Assembly: GCA_964270895.1 (NCBI GenBank)
Contig: OZ185438.1
Reading direction: 5' to 3' (one strand)
Source of the DNA: Podarcis filfolensis
Taxonomy: Eukaryota
DNA: 64,000 nt
The translations under genes and the position numbers were made by a program. The notes beneath the pieces were generated by a model. That model did no database searches. It saw only the letters and a list, made by a program, of their open reading frames with translations, and was not told the origin of the DNA. This document shows, one piece after another, positions 24,517-37,326 of the stretch. The stretch's first letter is position 1. Each line of letters starts with the position of its first letter.

Positions 24517-27500
24517 AGTGCAGGCAACCAGCAGGTAAAAGAATTAACAGGCCTAGCAGCTTCAGCCACAAATTTATCAAGGAGGTATCAAAATAGGGGA
24601 TGGGGAAGCTGTGGCTCTGCAGATGTTGCTTGATTACAATTCATGTAGGTCCTGCTGGCTGGGGTTTATGGCAGTTGGGCTCTCAACAACATCACAACAA
24701 CATCACTTTTGCTACCCTTTCTATATGAATTGTTTTAAAACAAGCGAACGGATGGTCTTTACACTGCTCAAAAGACCACTGAGACAGGCTTCCCTGGGAT
24801 TTCCAAAGTTCAGCCACAGAGAAGTCTCTGCCTAGTTCATGCCAAACATCCTCATATGTTAGTGGAACATGTAAGAGAACCTGCTGTCCCAGGCTCTTTC
24901 AGGAGGAAGAGTGGGATATAAATTGAATAAATAATAACCTCTGAAAGTCATGATGAATGGGCAGGCTCATACTGAGAAGACCATTCTTCAGGTATTCTGG
25001 TCTCAAATCATATTATTATTACTGTATACCACCCTATACCCGCAGGTCTCATATTGGACAGGGATGGTGAATATATGGCTCATGGGCTGCATTCAGCCTG
25101 TAAAGTTGTCTTTGGGGGCCTGCCAGTCCTCTGCCAAACTTTGATGTCTCTTCTATTCCCGTTTCCTTAGCACTAAGTCATATTAGCAGTGGTGCCATGC
25201 CAGAGAGAGAACAGGTTATTTTGCAAGCTAAGTGGAGGGCTTTCCTACTTGCTGCAGTGCTGGACTGGGAGAAGCGCTGCAGCCGTGAGGAAAAATAATT
25301 GGTTCTGATCTTCAGAAACCAGTCTCTGAAGAGTGATCTTTTCTTACTCATTGATTCCCCTTCCACTGCTGTTTCTTACTGATTGACAAGCATCAATCCT
25401 TTCTGTATGTCTGGTATGACTGAGAGCTTACGTTTTAATGGTATAGCTTCTTCTTGGTTTTATTCATAATAAACCCAACTACTGGTGATTGAGTCAGGTT
25501 GTGCAGAAAAATATATTCCTGGTGAATCCAGTAACTGGAATACAGAAGTTGGTCATCCCTTATCTGGGTGATGTGGATTGAACATTGTGGATATGTGATG
25601 TGAATGGATACTAGTGTAGCCTGCTGTAGGGTAAAGATGTTTAGAACTTTCAACTTCTTCCTTGGCTATATTTATATGTTTTGGTATTTCTTCACACTTT
25701 GAATGAGTTTCACTTGGGTGAACTTTTAAATTCACTTTTGTCGTCATCTTGTTGCCCTTGAGAGGGAGTTCACGCTGAGAAACAGTATCTGAGAGCCAGT
25801 AATTTGCTTCAAGCTTTCCTACATGTTTTGAGGTCTCTGAGTGGGGTTTCTTCGGCATTGGAACTTGGCACATTTTGTGCTGGCTCACTTGCAAAGAGAC
25901 GTATCCCTGGTAGCAGTTTGGAACAAGTTTAGGACTGTCTGAGCCATGTCATTTTAAAAAATCCTGCTGGGAAAGCCCTGAAGTCTAGGAGGATGGGCAC
26001 ACTCTGCCAAGTGTTAATCTACTTGCTTTCTTTGTGTACATTTGTGTGTGCATGCACACGCTTCTGGTTAAACAGAAGCTGGAACAAAGAAGCGTGTCAA
26101 AGTTGTGCTGCAACACTACAATGTCATAGTCCTGGGCTGAAAGCCTATTGGCAAAGTGTCTTGTTTAAAACATCCAAGTTTTTTAAGCAAATGGTTCTTT
26201 CCACCCAAGTTTGATTAAATGGCAAGTGATCTCCTGCTGGCAAATGTAAATTATAGCCATAGTCTTGTATAATCTTTTCACCCTTCCACTATTGATGATA
26301 TATAATGTACAGGCTTTTCTTTTCTCAGCCTTGCAACAACCCTGGGAGCTGACTTGGGATGTAAGAAGCTGCTCTGTTTTGTTCCACTGCAGTTCATCTT
26401 TCAGTAAAAACAGTATTATTCATCTTGCTGTTTGTAGCGCTGAAATTACATAACTGATATTGTCATTATTTTATTCCATCCCATTCATTTTATTGCAAAG
26501 GAAACAGTGCAAATGTGGTGGTGGTGGGGAAGTTATCAATTTCATAGTGTTTGTGGACAGAAAGCAACTGTAACAGTGAATACCAATTGTATTCGCTGGA
26601 TTGATTTCCATTCCGGGCATGGGGTGAATAAGTGAATATTGGCAATCTGTGCTTCAGTTTCCTCCAGACTTCTCCAAAATCCCTAGAGCTAAATGAGTCA
26701 CAGTATTCCCATTTTGCAGGTGGAATGAGGCTGACAGCTGATCTTCTGACCAAGGTGCTAGACTTGGGCTTGAACCCTATTTTCTAGGGCCCACACTATG
26801 GACTCTCTTTTCTGGGCTGTACTTAGTTTCTTAGGACAGAGGGAGCAGTTTCATACTTTGACTAAAGGACTTCTAGCCCAGTACTGTCTCCTCTGATTGG
26901 CAGTTGTTCTCTAGAGTCCTCAGCAGATGCCTTCTAATATATGCAGAAACATTTGTATGACCACTAACCACCCTCTCTCTTAATTTTTAACTTTTCACCT
27001 ATTCTTGGGTGTGGGGAGTTACTAGTTTTGCTTTATTGTGTATTTTGTATTTTCATTTTGTCTTTTTATGTTGAGAACCACCCTGTGATCTTTGAATGAA
27101 AGGTGGTACACAAATGTAATAAAATAAATGAATAATCTAGCTTTCGGACAGAAAACAAAATAAAACTTTCTTCCACAACTGTTCTTCATTAGCTTGCTTT
27201 CTTTCAGTTTGCAGTGCTTGACTTTGGAGGAAGCCTTTCCTTTTTATTATGACTGTTTTCCAGAAATTTTTGGGCCAAAAAAAAGCACTTTTTACTCTGA
27301 GGAGCTTACAGAATAAAGTTAATTGGCATCCAGCTCAGTTCTATAGTTCAGGGCCTTAGTAAAGGTGTTGAGTATATTTTGATTCAAGCAAAACAACTTG
27401 ATTCAAACCATAACTCCAATATCACAGACCCTTGCATGGCACAGCATCTGTGTAAGATTGCGTCAGAGGCAGCATTGCAACTGTGCTTTGTGAAGCTGCT

Positions 27501-28110
27501 CCCTTGACAGTGAAAAGACTAGAGGCTAGAGCCCATGGAGCTTTGTATCAGACAAAATTTGGTGCTTTTCCAAACACCAAATTGTTTGTGTTGACAGTCC
27601 CGGTATGCTAATATTAGCTTTCAATTGGTTAAACCTTTCTAAAGTCTTTAATTTGTTGTACCCCAGTTTTTAATCCAAAGACAATGGGAGCCAGGAAGAA
27701 AGTGATATACCATAGTCCAAACTCTGCTTCATGTGTGTGTCTGTGTTTTGTCTGCATCAGTTTGTCCTGTGAGATGCCTGCCTGCCTGCCTGCCTGCAGG
27801 TGAGAGTGTGCCTGCTAAATTTATATCAAACTAACTATCAGCTAATTTTTCTACTAACAGCTAGTAGAAATGGAAGAATGTTAGCATCTTTCTGGAGGAC
27901 AGCCAGGCTTGAGGTGCTTAAGGCTGTGGTTGCAATCCTTTCCCCAGCTCAGCTCCCATCCCATTACTTCATTAGTTCTAAACCTTCTCCCCACTATTTT
28001 TGTACTCCTGTCACAATGTGTGTGTATAGGAAAACCCTCAAACCCTGTTACCAAATCTTCAGTTTGGGTAGGGTTGATTTATGAAACAGGATAAAGAAGT
28101 AAAGATGATG

Positions 28111-29818
28111 TCCGAGCTCCGGAGGGAGCCGGCTCGGCAGGGGCTGGGTTTTACCGCACCGGCGATGCGGGGACCCTTAGAAACCACGGCCACGGGGGCC
28201 GTGGACTTGGAGACTCGGCTAGCACCGCTAGCGCCCTCCCGACTCGTGAAGGAGCCTTTTTAAAGGCTACGGATCGGGTGCCGGGGAGAAGCGTGGTGCT
28301 TTGAGTCCTCTGCCATCCCTGCCGAGCGAAGCCGCATGCCATCCGGCGGAGAGCGCTGACTTCTTCCATTGAGAATTTGGACTTTTAACAACAACCCGTG
28401 AGTAAATTGGAAATCGGGTTTAAAAGAAGAAAAATTTTTGGGATTTGAGACGAGCGGGGGGGGATCTAAAAAGGAAGTCAGTCCCCCTCCCTATTGTAGA
28501 CATTTTAAAACAAGGATTGGGAAGCCAAGGCCCAAAAAGAACGGTATCTTTGCTAAATTAAGAATTCCATGATGGGAAAGTACAAGAATTGTGCTGGAGG
28601 AAGAATTGAAGGAGAAGGAAAATGCACCCCCCTCCCTGGGAACCGGGGCGATTGAGGAGTGAGCCTGGTGAAAAGAGCCGGTGATTTTGACAGCTGTCAA
28701 AGTAGCTGTCAAAGTCGGAATATTAAAGAGGATTTTATTACAAGGACCTTGCTGGTCAAATTTGTTACAACTTGATATAATTTATTAAGACTTGAATACA
28801 AAATGGCGAAAATACGGAGAACAATCGGATTTTTGGAAACAAAGTTACAACAACCCCCCTAGAGGAGTTTCGGGACATTACAAAGATGGGCGTAAGCCGG
28901 GAAAAATACAACACTCCGGAATTTCACAGAACTGGTTATCTCCTGGGAAAGCTGCAAAACGGAAACTGAATCTTGTCTACAGGGTGTTTAGACTAAAAGG
29001 AGACAACAGAATACCTTACTGAAGAAGGAAGGGACTGAACGCAAGTTTTTGTTCCTGAATAACAACAACCCATGTAGAGTTACTAAACTTCTGAATAAGA
29101 AAGTTTTAGCAGCGGAACAAGAGGAAGCTGGACTATAACCTTGAAAGAACAATGGGGGGAATTTTATAATTTGACATTTTTAAAGATTTAGGAATTAATT
29201 TTTAAAGAAAGTAATCCTAGAAATGGGAAATAATTCTGCAAGGAGTTGGGGGAAAAATGGGATTGATGGACTTAAGATTTCCAGGCTGAAAACATAGATT
29301 GGAGGATAAGGGAAATTAAACCGGGGAAGAGGAGGGAGAATTAGAATCCAAAGGCTTGCAACTATTTTCTGAATTGGTTTTCTTTTTTCTAATATATTTT
29401 TTATTTTTTTATACTTTTATTCTGTGTGCTTTTACTTTAATGGGAAAAAAGGGGGACATTGTGGAAAGAAAAGGGGGTGGGCTATGGGGAGAGATCTTTT
29501 GCTTTTTTTTTATCAAGGGTGTTGCATAAGGTTTGTATAAATTTAAATTTGAACAATGGGGTATATAAATTGTGCTTTAAATCAGAAATAGAACTTGTGG
29601 AAACAACAATATGAAAGGGGAATACAGTAGGGGTGGGGGAAGGGGGGAGTCCCAGAAAGTGGATGTTTGAAAATAAGGTTCTGAATGTATCTTCATAATT
29701 TCTTTTCTTCTCTTTCTGTATTTTGGAAACTTCAATAAATATTATTTAAAAAAAAAAGATAGCGACCTCTCTTATCCAGCCGTGCTGGAAGGAGGCGCTG
29801 TCGTTAACTAGGTCTACT

Positions 29819-29857
<39 letters not shown>
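28111..29857 (+). mobile_element. Young non-coding, L1-like non-autonomous retroposon with a double poly(A) end
   Basis: 18-bp TSD aaagaagtaaagatgatg (28093-28110; 29855-29872); CpG-rich 5' ~280 bp; G-rich tract near 29630; AATAAA 29734-29739; A10 at 29748-29757; 62-nt tag; A38 at 29820-29857; no long ORF. Confidence 0.85.
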
Positions 29858-29859
<2 letters not shown>

Positions 29860-30357
29860 AGTAAAGATGATGATATTTATTTATTTATTTATTTGCATTT
29901 ATAAATTGTTGATTGTTTAAAAATCTTAATCAGAATACAAAAGTACATGTAAACAAAACAGTATGATAAAAAGAGACAAAAATCAGTAAAGTAGTAGTAT
30001 AAAAACAGATGAAACACAGTAAAGATAGGCTCCAATCTTATGGGTCTAGGGCAGTAGCAAAAAAATGCCCATTTTTTGTTTCACTACCTATTTTGTATGA
30101 TATGGTGCCATGAGTAAATTTCCCCCCAGATCTCTTAAGTGGTCTTACAGGTCTGTACAGGGGCAGGTGATCTTGATCTGTTCACAGGTAACCTAGTCTA
30201 TTCAGTGGATCAAGTGCTTTTTTCGTGGCCACTGTCAGACACGATCAAATACTGTACAGTATTTCCTTTAGTTCAGGAAATAGCAATGGAAACAATGGCT
30301 GCTTCTGGGTGACCAGTTTAATGAGCGTTCACTCTGATCTGTTTGTGGAGAGATTTA

Positions 30358-30735
30358 CCGAATTTTTCGCCCTATAGGACGCACTTTTCCCCCTCCAAAA
30401 ATGAAGGGGAAATGTGTGTGCGTCCTATGGGGCGAATGCAGGGTTTCACTGAAGCCTGGAGAGCGAGAGGGGTCGGTGCGCTCCTACCCCTCTCGCTCTC
30501 CAGGCTTCAGGAAGCTATCCGCAAGCCTTGGGAGCCCGCGGGAGTTCCCGCTGGGCTCCCCAGGCTTGCGGATAGCAGCCTGTTCTGTTCTGGGGGCTGG
30601 GGTCAGGGGAAGCTCGGGCTTCCCTTGCCCCAGCCCCGCGCCTGGGGGGAAAATTTTTCCCCCTTTATTCCCCCGCCAAAAAAAAAACTAGGTGCGCCCT
30701 ATGGGCCGGTGCGCCCTATAGGGCAAAAAATACGG
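30358..30735. mobile_element. Tc1/mariner (pogo/Tigger-like) MITE, complete
   Basis: TA|CCGAATTTTTCGCCCTATAGGACGCAC ... GTGCGCCCTATAGGGCAAAAAATACGG|TA. Confidence 0.9.
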
Positions 30736-32989
30736 TATATGTTGGCTATTCGTCCTGATTTGATTGTGGGGGAGATTAGACAACATTGTCAACCAAGCAA
30801 GTGGTGTTATCCCACACTCCAGTGCATTTTCCTATGACCTTCCCTATTAAAAAAAAAAGTATGAACTTCTGGGGAAGCAGGCATTTTTCACAACAGCTCC
30901 AAATTAGCTTTAGTTGTGCAACTTGAATTTGTTGGGATGGGATAAAATTCTACCTGGAAATAATGACAGTCTGAAGGCACCCAGTATCATTTCTAAAGTG
31001 TATATATTGATTGAAATGCAAGTAGGAACTAATGGGCCTCAACCCAGGCTCAGGTACAGTAATGGGAAAATTTAGTTGGATTATCTGGGTTCTCCCCACC
31101 CCGCAAGTCAAGAAGTGTATGTGCAAACTGGCTAGTAGTTCCTGCACGGCAGGGGGTTGAACTAGATGTCCTTTGAGGGTCACACCTGATTCTATGATTC
31201 TAATAAATTTTGAGGACTGGTAACTTGTTTGCAAGTCTGCATATACTAGGGTTGTCATCTGGCTAAAGAAAACTTAGCTGATTAATCATCTAAGTGTTAA
31301 TCTATTTCAGCAGTTTAATATCATTGTTGTTTATTAATTGCCTTCTGCGCAAGTGTTTCAAAGTGATGAACAATAAAACTGTGAAATACAGTTAACACAA
31401 ATGAAAAACAAGGGATAGTTTTAAAACGCAAAAACAAAACAAAATCAACATCCATGTTAGAGACCCATTCATCTAGCTGGGAAAGCCTGTTGGAACAAAA
31501 CTGTCTTCAGCTGTTCCAAAAAGGGCAGATAGTGGACACTTGTCATCTCTCAACAGGAATGCTATACAGCAGAATAGGGACAGTCACACTGAAAGCCCTG
31601 CTCTGAGTTAGTATGAAGCAGACTTTGATATCTTTGGAACTTTTAGGAGAGCCAGTTTCTCAAGTAACCTGATCCTGAGTTAGTATATATGAGAAAAAGA
31701 TGTAGTTCTAAATTTTAAAAAAGTTGTTATTAGATTATGCATGCATATGTTGCAGTTAGGCATGAGTTTAGAGCAGGGGTCCTCACTGTGGGGCTTGCGG
31801 ACACCAGGGTGCCCCCCAGTGCCCCCCATGATGCCTTCAAAAAGGTCCTGTGCCCTTTCCTGCTTCTTCAGATGTGACAGCCATTTTGTGTTTGTCACAC
31901 ACCTCACAGCCACCATTTGTGACTGGTGCCTGCACCGCTTCCTCAAAATTCGAAATGTGCACACTGATGCAAGAAACCTCACTATCCTGTCGTAGAGGCC
32001 TTCTCCCTTCTCACACACTGGACTGAATGCCTCTTAACATATGCTTGCGATCTGCAGTTTATAAGTACTTATATTAAACACTTTGCCAAAATATTTTAAA
32101 TTCCTTTGTTTAACCGATTAAATGATGCCCTGACACCTACCAGTCTGTATAAGGCTACAATCTTGCAGTTACTTATTTGGGATTAAGCTCTAAGGAAGGG
32201 AGTGGTATTTTATTTTTTTATATTTGGTGTCTCAGGAGACAGTTCTCTTTTCTCTGGATTTCATCAATCCTGCATGTTGGACATAGTTTAGTAGTGTATT
32301 TTTAACTAATCCCAGAATGTGTGCTCGTGCTGATATTTTTGTTGCTCAAACTGCGAGTGGAGCATGTTACCATGAAGCATTAATTGTGTTATAGTGGAAC
32401 CTTATGGAAAGCAGGTTTCCTATAGTGAGTGTATGTAATATATATACAAATATAGCTAGCAGCAGGTGCCAGACTGGGACCTCCAAGCAGCAAAGTCTTG
32501 TAAAGTCCAAACAGGATATGGTTATTAACAGTGGGCACATTACTCTCGTCTTTATCTTGTTGTTGAACCTTAATCCATTTTTAAGGCAGAAAACTTTGAG
32601 TCTGCAGACATACAGTGTACTTTCTGTATGTGAGAGAGGACACTTCCATAAGAACAAGTAGGATCTGGAACACAATAATTGCCAATTACAACCAGAGATG
32701 TAATTAGTCAGTGGGCAAACAAGTTTAGTAACTCTTCCAGAATAAAACGTGCTAGAGTCCAATAGTCTTCTATATTCCCTTACCTGGCGACCACCACATT
32801 GCCAGCAGACATTTCTCTCTTAGCTTCTGAGAACTGGTGAAGCCATTTCTGCCAACCTGATGTTTTAGGACCTTCAAATGGAACTGATTTGGTTGTGGTT
32901 GTTATTTTTTCCCTTTTGTGTTTTTCTTCCATACAGCTGCTGTTGTGAAACATTTCTTACATTTTAATTTTGTTTCTGTTTTTCATCAG

Positions 32990-33075
32990 AAAATGAAGAG
33001 CTTGGCCCAAAGGCGTCAATCGGCACCATCCTTGGTTCTCAGCAAAGCGCTGACCAAGTCCAGAACAAGTGTCAG
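32990..33075 (+). CDS. ARHGAP20: ARHGAP20 / ARHGAP20-like coding exon 2 (KMKSLAQRRQSAPSLVLSKALTKSRTSV-R)
   Basis: Pyrimidine tract ...tttctgtttttcatcag| acceptor and AG|GTAAGG donor at 33076; 86 nt, phase 0 to 2, in frame with exons 1 and 3. Resembles human KMKTLAERRRSAPSLILDKAL. Not listed in the ORF track. Confidence 0.92.
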
Positions 33076-33798
33076 GTAAGGTGGAATGTGTTGTTTCTGG
33101 CTGTACTTTTTTTGCAGGTTTCCTGGCCCAGATCATAATGTGTTTTTGACAAGTAGTTAACCACACAAGGCTGAAACGCTGTCTGGAGAGAGATTGTAAG
33201 ACACCCCCACAGCAGCCTTTTCCAGGTGGTATTCATTCTGAAAAGCACGTACATGTATTGAGCAGAATGTGATCAAGACTTCATAAACCAGGCTTCCCAT
33301 ATTTTAATATATCTTGGATTAGAATGTTGATAATTGAAAAGTTATTTATTTACTTAAATGTATATCATATCTTCCATTCAACTAAGTTTTATTCAGAGTA
33401 GACCCGTTGACATTAAGGAACATGACTAAGATCCGTTAATTTCAGTGTTCTACTTTGAGTAAAACTTAGTTTCATACTACCTCAAGGCAGTATATACAGA
33501 CCTGCTTACATTTAGCATCTTATGAATTGCCCAAGGAACGTTTTGTTCTAGGTTGGCCTATAAATGGCATACATACTTAGTAAGATTTTCTAGTGGGGAT
33601 CTTTGCAAGAAAATTAGTTATTTGAAATCAAGTGCAAGTAGTATACGGCCTGCAGGCTGCATGTAGCTTACATACCCTTTCTGCAATTTTTTACCTCAGT
33701 TAGCTCTCTGAGGACCCCTGTCTGATGCTGAGTGGGAGCCCATTGCTATTTACCGAATGAACATTTTCCTTCCACCCTTTCTCCCAATTGATCCCAGT

Positions 33799-34234
33799 CA
33801 GCAGTGTAGCTACCTGCTTGGGTGCCGGGTGCGGCGCATGTGTCCTGCAGCCGGGGGCAGGGCAAGCTGCCCATGGGGGCGAGGCGCACTGCATGGAGCC
33901 TCTCCACCACCGCCTCCTCAGCTGTAGGGCGGCTGAGGGAGAGGTGGTGGGCAGACACAAGTCCCACGCTGCCGTTTTAGGCAGTGTGGAGGCTTCAGGT
34001 GCTCAAGCCACCACATCACTCCCAGGAGATATGTGTGGCTTGGGCATGCTGCAGGCCCTGCAGTAAGTGCCAGCCACGTTTCGTTACGTTTGTTGACTGA
34101 ACTAAAAAGTTTCATGAGCCCAATTTTTATTAGTATTATTTTTTAAAACTCTTATTTTTGTCATTCTGTCACCCCCCTCAGTGATGACACCCAGGACGGA
34201 CCACACACCCCGCACACCCCTTCCTCCACCATTG
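33799..34234. mobile_element. GC-rich hAT-type non-autonomous element, related to 38711-39016
   Basis: 8-bp TSD atcccagt / accccagt; shares tcactcccaggag and tgtcaccccctcag segments with the 38.7-kb copy; TIRs decayed. Confidence 0.65.
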
Positions 34235-34501
34235 ACCCCAGTTTATCCTTTCCACCATCCTGTAGGCAGGTTATGCTGGAAAACTGTGTGTTTGGTCTTA
34301 GGCCTTTCTAGTCCAACCTCGACCATACTGGCTTTCCACTGAAGACATGGCCCCATGTTGAAAATGATTGATGGGAGTGTGGTTTCCTGCCTTACAACCA
34401 ACCTACCCATTGTTTTGCTGTGAAAATTGCTTTCATTAGTCATGGATATGTTAGTTGGCTTATGAAGCTTTGAATTGTGGAGATAATTCTGGCCGCAGTT
34501 A

Positions 34502-34760
34502 CAGTGGCGGATGAAGGGGGCGAGGGGGTGGTCCACCCTGGGCGCCGCTGCTGCAGCCATGAGCAGAGGATCCCTCCGCTGCTGCTGCAGCCGTGAGTGG
34601 AGGACCGCGCAGCCGCGAGCAAAGGATCCTGCCACCGTCCATACGGTGCCGTCTGTAGCGGCGCATGCGCTGCTGGGAGGTTTGCCCCGCCCCTGTGGGC
34701 AGTTCGCCCCACCCATTGACACCCCACACCAGGTGCCGGAGAGCTTCCTTCACCCCTGCA
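34502..34760. mobile_element. GC-rich hAT-like MITE (CAGTGGCGGA end)
   Basis: Starts cagtggcggatgaagggg and ends about cttccttcacccctg; a CpG-rich patch in an AT-rich intron. Confidence 0.5.
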
Positions 34761-36149
34761 CAGTTATCCATGCGCTAGGAACAATTGCAGATAACTCAAA
34801 TGAGCTGTATAGGAGACTATCTTATCTGCTAGAGATGGTGGGTTTCAAACTTCCCATCTTCAGAGAACCACTTTCACATTGACTTGCCCGTCCCAGAAAG
34901 CCTGTCTACTGAATTCCTTTGCTTGTGCAGCAATCTGGAGCATATAGGGTGCAGTCAGTTCATGCTGAGCACTGCACTGTAAACTTGCTCTTCATAGACT
35001 GAGTGAATCATAGAGCACCTCTAGTACTTTTCAAGGTACTTTTCAAGAAAGCTTGTACTTGATAGACTCGGAGCTCAAACTAATTTCTATGACTGCATGC
35101 GACTTGAGATATATCTGGATGATAAGATTTAGCTAATGCTTGTGCAGCATTTTCTACCCGTGTTGTCTGTCTTAAAGGGCTTATGTATCAACTATCCTCA
35201 GATTAACTGGCACTGGAGAGATATGTTTCTCTCTCCACATTTTAATGTTCTATCCCAATAACCTTTTGAAGCAATTCCTACTAATTTATATGATAGTTCA
35301 TATAATTTACAGGGATTGCATCTGTGAAAGTAATTGGCAAAATTACATAGGAGCACAGTTTCAATGAACTCTGAGCTCAGTTCAGTTGATTATTTTTTCT
35401 CTTACTCTCCCTTCCCCCACTCCCCAAATTTCCTTCTCTGTTTAACAAGAATTCATTTTCTTCATCAATAATCAAACAAATGGTGTTTGGATTTTCTGGT
35501 CTGTGCTCGGTAAATGCTTGACTCTTGTGGATAGCTCCTTTTTATAAGCAGAAAAGAGCAATGAGTGACATGACCTCTGGTATGTTCAGATCTTCAAATA
35601 TTTTGTTTTTAAAGCTGTCTTAATACTTAGCACCCTTTTGTAGGCAAAACATTGATTTCCAGCTTAAATGGATTATAACTTTATTCTGGCACTAAATCCT
35701 GTTGTTGATACTTAGTGCACTGTCTTTTTAGTGGTTGATTAATGATCTGTAGATTACAAAACTCCTTTCCAAATCCAACTTACATCTGTGGGGGATTAAT
35801 ATGAAGAGCCTTTCCTTAGCAGTTGAGTCATTTCTGTATTTATTAAACATAATGAGGGAGTTTGGTCAGGAAATATTTAGAAAACCTAGTAAGTTTATAG
35901 CTTCATACCATTTTATGGTCCATTCTCAAATGTCTTCTTAGTGCATGTATATAAACAGTACCTCAACATAGCATTGGCCTATGGGATTATCCCACTTCCT
36001 CCTCTTCCTCCTCCTTTAAAAACTCTGAATGACTGTTACTAGGATCCAACTATTCTAACGTCTGCAAGTAGGTGGTATTAGCATTTTATAGAAATTACAG
36101 CATGACTGTAATCATGCCCTGGTTAGATAAAGGTAGATCCTGTTGACTT

Positions 36150-36262
36150 AGAATCATAGAATCATAGAGTTGGAAGGGAATCTCAACTAAAGCATCCATG
36201 ACAAATGGCTATTCAACCTCGGCTTAAAAACCTCCAATGAAGGAGAGTTCACCATGTCCCTA
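36150..36262 (-). mobile_element. CR1 3' tip
   Basis: agaatcatagaatcatagagttggaaggg is the reverse complement of the CR1 (ATTCTATG)n tail. Confidence 0.75.
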
Positions 36263-36467
36263 GGAACTCTTTTGTTGCATTACTATGAGCAAGATAGATG
36301 GATATTTTTGTGCACATCTGCAATTTCCATTTTGTAGAAAGAAACGTGGCAGGAGGCACCCTATCCTGCTCTCTCCACAAGGGTTCCAGGTTGATACTTT
36401 CAGAAACATTGGGTGGTGTTCCCCTGCAAAGAATAGCCCAGCCATGTTTGTTGATTTCATTGGGTGT

Positions 36468-36954
36468 TGTTGTTGTTAGTCATTTAGTTGTGTCCGACTC
36501 TTTGTGACCCCATGGACCAGAGCACGCCAGGCACTCTTGTCTTCCACTACCTCCCACAGTTTGGTCAAACTCATGCTGGTAGCTTCAAGAACACTCTCCA
36601 ACCATCTTGTCCTCTGTCGTCCCCTTCTCCCTGTGCCCTCAATCTTTCCCAACATCAGGGTCTTTTCCAGGGAGTCTTCTCTTCTCATGAGCTGGCCAAA
36701 GTACTGGATACTCAGCTTCACGATCTGTCCTTCCAGTGAGCACTCAGAGCTGATTTCCTTCAGAATGGAGAGGTTTGATCTTCTTGCCGTCCATGGGACT
36801 CTCAAGAGTCTCCTCCAGCACCATAATTCAAAAGCATCAATTCTTCAGCGGCCAGCCTTCTTTATGGTTCAGCTCTCACTTCCATACATCACTCCTGGAA
36901 ATACCATAGCTTTAACTATATGGACCTTTGTCGGCAAGGTGATTTTTCTGCTTT
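36468..36954 (-). mobile_element. 5'-truncated BovB LINE
   Basis: Peptide RVPWTARRSNLSILKEISSECSLEG...RWLESVLEATSMSLTKL; (CAA)n tail; 8-bp TSD ttgggtgt (36460-36467; 36955-36962). Confidence 0.93.
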
Positions 36955-37100
36955 TTGGGTGTCCTCTTGAGTAAAACTTAGTTCACTGCCACCCATTATT
37001 TCCTTTAGTAGCAAAGCAAGGTAATAAGTGCTGACATAGACATAATTAGAACCAAAAACGCAGCTACTGAGAAACAAGGGAGAGATATTGGAATTTTTAG

Positions 37101-37326
37101 ATAAATAGGTACTGCTGTGGCAGGAAGGTAAACGGCGTTTCCGTGCGTTCTGGCTTCTGTCACGGTGTTCAGTTGTGCTAGATGCAGTTTACTCATGCTG
37201 ATCACATGACTCGGAAAGCTGCCTGTGGACAAACGCCGGCTCTCTCAGCCTGAAAGTGAGATGAGCGCCGCAACCCCATAGTTGCCTTTGACTGGACTTA
37301 ACTGTCCTTTACCTTTACCTTTTACT
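37101..37326 (+). mobile_element. Sauria SINE 3' half
   Basis: aggaaggtaaacggcgtttcc...gagatgagcgccgcaacccc...tttacctttacc; reverse orientation relative to 3643-3977. Confidence 0.8.

Noticed and set aside
25553-25950. ~130-codon open minus-strand frame with a natural-looking K/E/S-rich composition
   Set aside because: No recognisable homology or convincing splice sites, and the length is attainable by chance in 64 kb. A BLASTX hit would change this.
27760-27805. Possible small exon ending CAG|GTGAGA with an ATG in a (GCCT)n run
   Set aside because: Phase 2, so out of frame with exon 2, and generated by a microsatellite; no other support.
29758-29819. Calling the hairpin tag a twister, HDV-like or hammerhead ribozyme, or a Helitron end
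   Set aside because: The conserved catalytic cores do not fit, and the poly(A) plus 18-bp TSD contradict Helitron insertion. It is left as an unassigned structure.
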